NCBI GenBank assembly: GCA_964418065.1
Contig: CAYQJR010000003.1
Coordinates: forward strand, 1-32,432
Reading direction: 5' to 3'
DNA length: 32,432 nt
From: an uncultured Candidatus Saccharibacteria bacterium
Lineage (GTDB): Bacteria; Patescibacteriota; Minisyncoccia; Phycocordibacterales; Phycocordibacteraceae
The notes below the pieces were generated by a model, which was not told the origin of the DNA, searched no databases, and saw only the letters and a program-made list of their open reading frames with translations. Of the stretch, positions 25,295 to 32,432 are shown in pieces; position 1 is the stretch's first letter; the number at the start of each line of letters is the position of its first letter. The translations under genes were made by a program, and so were the position numbers.

Positions 25295-26922
25295 GTGTAT
25301 ATCGTGCTGATTATGACGCCTGACTGAGTCTGGAACAGACTATCACACTTCTCGAAATAACGGCTATAAAATCCGTCATAGAGGGGCGGAATGCCCACCA
25401 CGAGGAACTGCCCGTCGTAGCTGGCGAAGAGCTGCTCATGCCCCGCCTCAAAGGCCGGTACGGCATAGAATCGCCCTGCATACTTCCCCATCTTTGAGAG
25501 TTCGTACGCGCCCACGTCGTTGTAGGTGATTATCTTCTCTACGGCGCTTGACTCTTCAATAAAGGAGAGGGATGCGGCAAGCGCCGTCGGCGCGCTCCCA
25601 TGTATCTTCCCGAACGAGAACTCCTCAAAGAAGAGCGCGTTGTACGAGAGGCCCGCAAGCAGGACGACGACCAGGACCCCTTGTCGCCAGCGCGGTACGA
25701 AGAACCCTATACCTACGGCAACAAAAGAAATGAGGAATCCGAGGAAAATAGGGAGGAAGGAGACATAGAACCCAAGCGGTCCCGAACCGCCGTTAAAGGG
25801 AGTGAGGACATTCAATTGGCCGTGAAGCACGGAGAGAAACCACGCGGACTTCGGATAGAGTGGGACGACCGTCTGTGAGACGAATGCGCCGCATAGAATA
25901 ACGGCGGCAGATACAATGCCTGCGCCAAACCAGAAGCGGGATAGAGAATACGATTTCATCCAGTGCGACAGTACTGCGCCCGAGAGGACACAGAGCGGAA
26001 TAATCGTGAACATGAGGTACTTGTCGAGCGCCCCACGCGAGAAGTCAAAGAGGATGAAATAGAAAATGAGACCGAGAATAAGATAGAGGACGAAGATGCG
26101 CGTCTTCTGGAGAATATCGCGAGAGAGGAAGACGAGCGGGACGAGAAGAAGCGGCGACAGATAATAGAGCGCTTTCACTGACTGCACGAGTACTTGCATA
26201 TAATTCCGGTCGGCGAAATGTATATAGGCGCGCGCATGCTCTATCATTCCTCCGAATTGAAATACGGGGTTGACGAGTCGTATACCGATGAATCCTAACG
26301 CCAGGAGAAAACCGAGTCCGAGGAGCCCTGCGCCCAGCAGCTTCAGATGCCGAAGTTGTATGAATTGACGGCGCTCAATCAAGAAATCCGCACATAGCGC
26401 ACCGAGTACGAGTACGAAACTCAATTTGACCATGAGACCGGTGACAAGCGTGAGCCCGAGGAGTCCGGCCCAAAGGATTTTCCGGGTCGGGTGCTCCCGG
26501 AGGCGGTCGTAACAGTACACTGCCGCCAGAAAGAGCGTCGGGAGAATTGCACCATCGGTGTCCACCATAAGCGACGCCCACACCCCATAAAAAGAGACCG
26601 CATAGAGCCCGACTGACCATAGCGCCGCGCTCTCATCAAACCTCCTGCGGACAACAAGGAAAAGCAGAGCGAAAGAAAACAGCCCGAAGATAAGGGGAAG
26701 TACCCGCATATTCTCTCCGCCAAATACAACCGCGTCCGTCCTGAATAAGAGCGCAGTCAAGGGCGGGTGGGTGAGAAAGGCGCTGGCGGCAGCAAGACTG
26801 GTCTCTGAAGCGACAACCGTCTTGAATTCGTCTTGATAGTAGGAGAGGTACAGCCCGGGGATACGTAGGAGAAGAAACAGCGCAAGAGTGCTTATCAACA
26901 GCGCTCTGGTCGCAGTGTTCAT
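25273..26922 (-). CDS. GT-C fold membrane glycosyltransferase (ArnT/PMT-like)
   Basis: Start MNTAT (ATGA overlap with gtrA). YYQDE then HPPL, many TM helices and a soluble tail. Confidence 0.82.
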   Translation of the reverse strand: MNTATRALLISTLALFLLLRIPGLYLSYYQDEFKTVVASETSLAAASAFLTHPPLTALLFRTDAVVFGGENMRVLPLIFGLFSFALLFLVVRRRFDESAALWSVGLYAVSFYGVWASLMVDTDGAILPTLFLAAVYCYDRLREHPTRKILWAGLLGLTLVTGLMVKLSFVLVLGALCADFLIERRQFIQLRHLKLLGAGLLGLGFLLALGFIGIRLVNPVFQFGGMIEHARAYIHFADRNYMQVLVQSVKALYYLSPLLLVPLVFLSRDILQKTRIFVLYLILGLIFYFILFDFSRGALDKYLMFTIIPLCVLSGAVLSHWMKSYSLSRFWFGAGIVSAAVILCGAFVSQTVVPLYPKSAWFLSVLHGQLNVLTPFNGGSGPLGFYVSFLPIFLGFLISFVAVGIGFFVPRWRQGVLVVVLLAGLSYNALFFEEFSFGKIHGSAPTALAASLSFIEESSAVEKIITYNDVGAYELSKMGKYAGRFYAVPAFEAGHEQLFASYDGQFLVVGIPPLYDGFYSRYFEKCDSLFQTQSGVIISTIYTCKQARK

Positions 26923-27356
26923 ACCGATTCGGAACGAAAAACAAACCGCTGATAGATGAAGAAGCTCCCGCATGCAATGAGCAGGCTTGCGATAATCTGG
27001 GCTACGAGATAATGGAGACCGACCACCTCAACGCCGAAATAGACAATGAGCGTGTTAAGGCAGAGGTTGGTAACCGAAATGAGGAAGTAGAGGCCCATTT
27101 GAGAATGTATGCCCGCACGCTCGCGATCGCGGAATGTCCAGAATTTCTGCAAGGTGAAACTCACAAGAAAAGCGAGGATGAAAGCGAATACCGATGAGAG
27201 CAAATACCATATGCCAAGGATGTCGGTGAACAGATAGAGGAGCGCGAGGTCAACACTGACGGCAATACCGCCTGAAATCAAAAAGCGCAGGACCTTTGTA
27301 TGCGTGGGGTATCGCTCATCAAGCGATGCGTAGGTGTTTTTGATGTTGTGTATCAT
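26919..27356 (-). CDS. gtrA: GtrA-family putative lipid-linked sugar translocase
   Basis: 145 aa, 4 TM helices, RFLISG, KFWTF, RFVF. Confidence 0.88.
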   Translation of the reverse strand: MIHNIKNTYASLDERYPTHTKVLRFLISGGIAVSVDLALLYLFTDILGIWYLLSSVFAFILAFLVSFTLQKFWTFRDRERAGIHSQMGLYFLISVTNLCLNTLIVYFGVEVVGLHYLVAQIIASLLIACGSFFIYQRFVFRSESV

Positions 27357-28414
27357 GAGGAGGAGTCTATTTCGCGGGAGAGCGCGGTCGCAAGTGCGGT
27401 AAGGGCATTGTGAGCTACGAGTGTCTTAAGTTTCTGAGATATGATATCACGCCTGTCGGGCGGCATCGCGAGAAATGTCTTGAGGCGAGCAGCAAGCTCC
27501 TGTGCTTCAGAAAATGCGGCTTCTCGCCCTAGAGCATCTGCGAAGTCCTCGCTTGCCGCGAGGACGAGACATCCTGAGGCCGCCGCCTCAAAGAGCGTTT
27601 TATCAAGCATGCCGGAGGGAGAAGTATTCACGAAGATATCATGCGCGCGATAGAGGTCGGGAGTCTGGTTCTGCGGAACGCCGGGCACGAATGAGATGCG
27701 GTCTAGAAGCGTGCGGGCTCTCTCCTTGATTCCCCGATAATACCTTTCATCTTGCGGGAGCGGCGAACCGACGAAAGTTGCGGTGAAATCAACATTCGTT
27801 CCTGCAAGTTCCGTAAGGGCGTCAAGAAGCATCTCGGGGCGCTTGCTCGGCGCCATTCGCGCGAGAAACAGGATTGAGTGCGGTGCGCGCGCGACCCGCG
27901 TATCAGGGGAGAACCGCTCCGTGTTAACGCCCACGGGCATGAGAACTGTCTTTCTGTACCGTGCCGTGTAGGAGTGCTTTGAGGTGCAGAAAATCTTGTT
28001 GCAGAAGAGGCTAGCCATATCTGTTAAGAGCGAGCCCGCATAGTGATTGCGCCAGAGGTACACTCGCTTGCCGAGCAACCTCCAGAACCAACCGGCAAGA
28101 AGAACGTACTCTTGGTTCATATGCACGAAGACGGCATCGTACTCGTCTCGCAGTTTCCAGACAAGCGAGAGAAATCGCCATGCGTATCGTACACGGCGAA
28201 AAACACTATCATATATGATAGTGTTTTCCGCCGCGATGCGTTCCTTGCCGAGCGAATGCACGCGTACATTCGCCGGGAGCGCGTGCTTCCCTTCTCGGAG
28301 GCAAATAACTTCAATTCGCTCAACATGCTTCGCGAACTCTTCTATCCAACGCACGAAGAACCCGAGGACTGGGTCCTCTGTATCAACCGCTTGCGTAACA
28401 ATAAGGAGTCTCAT
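27353..28414 (-). CDS. Glycosyltransferase family 4 carrying an in-frame palindromic segment
   Basis: GVNTERF, LFLARMAPSK, FVNTSPSGMLDKTLFEAAASG. Confidence 0.9.
   Translation of the reverse strand: MRLLIVTQAVDTEDPVLGFFVRWIEEFAKHVERIEVICLREGKHALPANVRVHSLGKERIAAENTIIYDSVFRRVRYAWRFLSLVWKLRDEYDAVFVHMNQEYVLLAGWFWRLLGKRVYLWRNHYAGSLLTDMASLFCNKIFCTSKHSYTARYRKTVLMPVGVNTERFSPDTRVARAPHSILFLARMAPSKRPEMLLDALTELAGTNVDFTATFVGSPLPQDERYYRGIKERARTLLDRISFVPGVPQNQTPDLYRAHDIFVNTSPSGMLDKTLFEAAASGCLVLAASEDFADALGREAAFSEAQELAARLKTFLAMPPDRRDIISQKLKTLVAHNALTALATALSREIDSSS
28194..28233. repeat. 40-bp palindrome with one mismatch and a 28-bp perfect core
   Basis: CGGCGAAAAACACTATCATATATGATAGTGTTTTCCGCCG. Perfect from 28200 to 28227; the single mismatch is 28199/28228. 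Confidence 0.97.
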
Positions 28415-29538
28415 GCAAACCTTGCGAGATCCTCGGCGATACGACTTGGAATATCTCCTGCCGCGGCGAGATGCGCGCGAGCGGTCTCTTCGGCGTGACG
28501 CGGGAGCTCCTGCCGCACGGAATTATCTTCAATGAATCCTACAATGGCGAGCGAGAGCGCGGTTGGATCGGCAACAGGGACTGACAATATATCCTCATAT
28601 CCCTTGAATACTTCGCCGACGATACCGACATCGGTAGTGATGAGCGGGACTCGGGCAAGCGCCGCTTCTATGAGGGTGCGCCCGTACCCTTCGTACGCGC
28701 TCGCCTGGATAACCGCCTGCGCGCTCCGCATAAGGCCCCACGCATCGGGGCGGGACCCCAAGAAAATGACCTGCTTCTCAAGACCAAATGAGCGGGTCAT
28801 TCTCTCGAGCCGTCCGCGCTCGCTGCCATCTCCGACGATGAAAAGTCCGACCATCGGGTAGTGCGCCACAACGAGTTTGAGTGCCGCAAGAATGTCTTCT
28901 ATGCGCTTCTCGGGCTCTAATCGCCCAACGGTGATGAGTGCGAAGGTGAAGGGGTGATTGGGTAGTCGCACAGCTTCAGGCACGACCGGGCTGACCGGCA
29001 CCGGGATGACCGCTGGCTCCGCGATAGATGAGCCGTAACGAGCGAGAAGCGATGCTTTCACGCGCTCCGATACAACACGGATACCCTGCGCCATCGGCAG
29101 GACGCGCTCGGCAATCCCGCGGCGCCAGCGATTAAGAAAGGGCATCCGAACCTGCGGCGAGCGCCAATTGCCACTCTTCACAAACCACGGAGAGAGGAAG
29201 TCCGTGTGCACCTGGATATGCAATTTCGCGTTTGTGCCTTGTACCGCGCGGAGGGCGGCGAGTCCGTGCTCAAAGGGATCCTGGGCCGATACGACCTCAA
29301 TACCGTACTCCTGGATAAGCGCGTTCGCGCGCGCAGCGAGCGCGCGAACGCGGAAAAGCTTCCATGCATACACGGGGTGGAGATACAGATTCCCGTCTTG
29401 TTCGTCGCGTACTCCAAAATCAGCAGAGGAGACGATATGGAGCTCGCCTATCGTAGCGGCGTAGGCGCGCATACGCTCACGAGCGGCGCTTGCTGTATCA
29501 AATATCGTCGGGTCGTTGGAGACAAAAAGTACTTTCAT
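28411..29538 (-). CDS. Glycosyltransferase family 4
   Basis: VGRLEPEK, VGDG, SAYEGYGRTLIEA (Ex7E), TTDVG. Confidence 0.92.
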   Translation of the reverse strand: MKVLFVSNDPTIFDTASAARERMRAYAATIGELHIVSSADFGVRDEQDGNLYLHPVYAWKLFRVRALAARANALIQEYGIEVVSAQDPFEHGLAALRAVQGTNAKLHIQVHTDFLSPWFVKSGNWRSPQVRMPFLNRWRRGIAERVLPMAQGIRVVSERVKASLLARYGSSIAEPAVIPVPVSPVVPEAVRLPNHPFTFALITVGRLEPEKRIEDILAALKLVVAHYPMVGLFIVGDGSERGRLERMTRSFGLEKQVIFLGSRPDAWGLMRSAQAVIQASAYEGYGRTLIEAALARVPLITTDVGIVGEVFKGYEDILSVPVADPTALSLAIVGFIEDNSVRQELPRHAEETARAHLAAAGDIPSRIAEDLARFA

Positions 29539-30542
29539 AATGAGGTGAGGAGTCGTGCAGTCGCGTCAAGCATCTGCAGCAGCGAGAAGTTGCTCGTGCG
29601 CTTCAGTGCGGCGAGAGCACGCTCCCGCGCGGCGGTGCGATTCTCTGCCACTGTCGTGAGGGCCTGCCGAAGAGAAGCGTCGTCCCCTGGAGGTACGAGA
29701 AGGCCGGTCTCTCCTTGTGTAACGAGCTCTCCGTTTCCACCTGCGCTCGTCGCAATAACCGGCGTTCCAAGTGCCATTGCTTCAATAAGCACATGAGAGA
29801 GACCTTCATAGTGCGAGTTGAGAACGAAAACGTCAGCCGCCTTTATCCAACCGAGCGCTTCAACACGCGGAAGTCCGGAAGCTATGAACACGCGCCAATT
29901 CGCGTGCTCCTGTGCTATGCGTTCAATTGCTTCAAATCCTTTCCAAGGAACGCGCCTGCCGGCAGACACGATAAGAAACTCTCCCTCTTTCTTCTGGTGT
30001 ACGGACAGATGCGCGGGGAGTTCAATCGCATTATAAATCACGGAAATCTTCTCGCCCGAGATGCCCCACGCCGTCACGATAGTCTTTAGATATTCGCTCG
30101 GCACAATGACGCGCACGGCGCTTCGTGCGACGAGCGTCTGGACTCTTTGCAGTCTGCGTACGAAGAAAGATCTTTGCGGCGTGCGCACGAACTCGTCCAG
30201 ACTCTGCGTGACGCCGAACCGTTGTCTGCCCTGTTCCCACGCGTAGTCGCCAACTATCTTCACGAGAAAAGGTTTGTGTAATATCCGCGCTGCCCACATA
30301 GCTGGATACCCGACCGATACGGGATCAAGGGCAAGAATCGCATCAGTCCCTATGGCATTCCAAAACACACGCAAGAAATATAGGAGGTGACGGATAAACT
30401 TCGGGAAATGACGAACATCGCTGAATTTCACCAATTCAACCTCAATGCCCTTTCCCGGCAATCCCTCCTCCAGAAGCCTGGAATAGGTCGCCGGACCGCC
30501 TATGTCAGGCGGGTACAGAGGAGTCGCAATGACGAGCTTCAT
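29535..30542 (-). CDS. Glycosyltransferase family 4
   Basis: YPPDIGG, GRRVPWKG, SHYEGLSHVLIEAM (Ex7E), GGNGE...GETGLLV. Confidence 0.92.
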   Translation of the reverse strand: MKLVIATPLYPPDIGGPATYSRLLEEGLPGKGIEVELVKFSDVRHFPKFIRHLLYFLRVFWNAIGTDAILALDPVSVGYPAMWAARILHKPFLVKIVGDYAWEQGRQRFGVTQSLDEFVRTPQRSFFVRRLQRVQTLVARSAVRVIVPSEYLKTIVTAWGISGEKISVIYNAIELPAHLSVHQKKEGEFLIVSAGRRVPWKGFEAIERIAQEHANWRVFIASGLPRVEALGWIKAADVFVLNSHYEGLSHVLIEAMALGTPVIATSAGGNGELVTQGETGLLVPPGDDASLRQALTTVAENRTAARERALAALKRTSNFSLLQMLDATARLLTSL

Positions 30543-31657
30543 ACGCCTATTCTAGCGAATATATCGCGCATCTGCTTGGCGATGAGATTCCAGTCATATT
30601 TCTCCGTCACCATACGCTTGGCGTTCGCGGTCACCCGCGCGGCTTGTGCCGGATGCGCGAGGATATCCCTTACCGCCTCGGCTATCTGCTCGGGAGAGTC
30701 CTTGTCTACCGCCCAACCGGTTGGCTCCTTATCAGGGTTACGCTTCGCATCAAAGAGAAAGTCAACAATACCGCCCTCTTGGGTTGCAATGACAGGCAGT
30801 CCTGCCGCCATCGCCTCCATAAATGAAATCCCGAATCCTTCAGTGCGCGACGGACGGATGAATATGTCGGCAGCGTGAAGATATGTCGGCATCACGCTGC
30901 GGTCTATATGGCCGAGAAATTCAACGCGGTCTTGTACGCCGCATCTTCGTGCGAGCTCTTTGAGCACTGGCTCCTCGGGTCCGCTACCGAGCACCTGGAA
31001 CCGCACCTCGGGAAGAAGCGCGAGTGCCCGTATGACATCATCGATTGCATTCTTAGATACGAGACGCGAGGTGGTAATCAAGGTCGTCTGCTCGTGTGGA
31101 GTAGGCACACCGGAGAACTCTTGTATCGAGACACCGTTTGGCACAATCTCTATTGGCCCAGTAAACCGACGGCTACGTGCCCAACGAGCAAGATAATTGG
31201 AGAGCGGGAGTATGATGGCAGCTCGGGTAAATGCACGCGTGAAAAGCGGCCAGAGAGGAACCATTGTGCGTTCAATGTGTGGTATCGGATCCCCTTCTTG
31301 GAGACTCAAGGCATACGGCACATCTGGGTGGAAAAGGTTGAAGAACGCCGCAGGCACTCCTGCTGAGTGCGCCATCATCGCCCATATCGCATCGAATTTC
31401 TTCATTCTGTATAATCTCCATGCGACATGAGCTGCACCGAATTGAAACAGAAATTTGTCTAATTTCCCACTGCCATTTCCAATTCGATGCACCATTATGT
31501 TGCCTATTCTTTCCTCACGCTTATCTGTGTTGGAGAAACGAAGCGTCACCAAGTGAAATTCTATATCGCGTATGCGGTCGGTCACTTCCTTGATGGCGAC
31601 CTCCGCCCCGCCCACATGCGGATAGTAGGCGAGCGAAAAAATGAGCACCCGTTTCAT
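30539..31657 (-). CDS. Glycosyltransferase family 4
   Basis: YYPHVGGAE, PNGV, SRLVSKN, PSRTEGFGISFMEAM (Ex7E). Confidence 0.93.
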   Translation of the reverse strand: MKRVLIFSLAYYPHVGGAEVAIKEVTDRIRDIEFHLVTLRFSNTDKREERIGNIMVHRIGNGSGKLDKFLFQFGAAHVAWRLYRMKKFDAIWAMMAHSAGVPAAFFNLFHPDVPYALSLQEGDPIPHIERTMVPLWPLFTRAFTRAAIILPLSNYLARWARSRRFTGPIEIVPNGVSIQEFSGVPTPHEQTTLITTSRLVSKNAIDDVIRALALLPEVRFQVLGSGPEEPVLKELARRCGVQDRVEFLGHIDRSVMPTYLHAADIFIRPSRTEGFGISFMEAMAAGLPVIATQEGGIVDFLFDAKRNPDKEPTGWAVDKDSPEQIAEAVRDILAHPAQAARVTANAKRMVTEKYDWNLIAKQMRDIFARIGV

Positions 31658-32432
31658 ACCTTACGGACTTCCGCAATGTAGTCAGTAAGCTTCTTGTGCG
31701 GGGTCCAACCGAGTGCTCGCGCTCTTGTCGTATCGAGGGACGCCTCCATGCGGTTTCCTTTCCGTTCGGGGAGCATGGTAATGTCCCCGCCGAACATGTG
31801 TGCGACTTCAAGTATCGAATAGGATTCATCGGCACCAAGGCCGAATTCGTCCCCTTCGCCCTTCTCTCCCACAAGAAGAAGACCGGAAATAATGTCGTCA
31901 ATGTGGGTGAAATTCCTTTTCTGGCTTCCAGGGGCGACAACGGTGAGCGACTCTTGACACAGACGCTTCTGGCGAAATATCTCAATAAGGGTGCCGTACG
32001 CGCCTGCCCTCTCTCTCGGACCGTATACATTATAAAAATACGTGACAGCGTATGTACGGCTGTACCATGCGCCGTAATTCTGAACGAGCTCGGTATTGCT
32101 TGCTTTTGTCCACGCATAGGGGCTCTGCATACGGCCGAGCCCACCGTCGCCAAACTTCGTTGATGAGCCAGCATAGATGAGTTTGCCGCCCCTCTTCCGC
32201 CAGAATTCAAGCACGCCGAATGTCCCATCCTTGTTCAGGTCCCAGACAAGCGCCGGCTCTTCTAGGCTCTTCTCAACGCGGGAATATTCGCCGAGGTGGT
32301 AGATGAGATCGGGCGTCTCGCTGATATGCTTCTCAATGTCTTTCGTGTGCCCCTCGCGATACTCCACGCCCGCGACATGATTCTCGCGACTGCCGGTGAA
32401 GTAGTTGTCCAGCGAGATAACCTCATGGCCGT
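31654..32432 (-). CDS. NAD-dependent nucleotide-sugar epimerase/dehydratase (extended SDR); 5' end lies outside the window
   Basis: The frame stays open beyond 32367 (GHEVISLDNYFTGSRENH...). YAGSST, SPYAWTK (YxxxK), FYNVYGP, RNFTHIDD. Confidence 0.9.
   Translation of the reverse strand, partial: GHEVISLDNYFTGSRENHVAGVEYREGHTKDIEKHISETPDLIYHLGEYSRVEKSLEEPALVWDLNKDGTFGVLEFWRKRGGKLIYAGSSTKFGDGGLGRMQSPYAWTKASNTELVQNYGAWYSRTYAVTYFYNVYGPRERAGAYGTLIEIFRQKRLCQESLTVVAPGSQKRNFTHIDDIISGLLLVGEKGEGDEFGLGADESYSILEVAHMFGGDITMLPERKGNRMEASLDTTRARALGWTPHKKLTDYIAEVRKV

Noticed and set aside
31654-32432. Calling the terminal SDR hldD (ADP-heptose 6-epimerase)
   Set aside because: Only generic extended-SDR motifs are visible and the N-terminus is missing, so substrate cannot be assigned by eye.
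1-32432. CRISPR arrays, tRNA/rRNA, IS/integrase, defence systems, stop-codon reassignment
   Set aside because: I saw no repeat-spacer periodicity, cloverleafs or transposase/recombinase motifs. TGA, TAA and TAG all end genes at expected family lengths.

Overview
Nearly the whole 32.4 kb is one gene-dense surface-glycan biosynthesis locus of about 31 CDS (genetic code 11). I saw no RNA genes, CRISPR arrays or transposases. It encodes a WaaL/PglL-type ligase (partial, absent from the ORF track), a Wzm/Wzt ABC exporter with a C-terminal carbohydrate-binding domain, five GT4, three GT2, three GT-C-like membrane proteins, GtrA, GT9, a divergent GT11, two paralogous GT9-like unknowns, five SAM methyltransferases and SDR epimerases. 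Gene content and the near-absence of Shine-Dalgarno sites suggest a Patescibacteria/Parcubacteria (CPR) genome; this is inference. The most notable signals are: (1) a Zn-dehydrogenase / ThDP E1alpha / E1beta / HldE-like kinase module plus a nearby cupin, with no E2/E3, a candidate pathway for an unusual branched or higher-carbon sugar; (2) a 40-bp palindrome lying in-frame in a GT4 gene; (3) TAnnnT -10 boxes 6-12 nt before many ATGs, often inside the upstream gene's codons, implying leaderless transcripts; (4) a degenerate EEP-fold gene with its own promoter, SD and terminator; (5) a tandem double-SDR protein. All product calls come from motif recognition by eye, not database searches.
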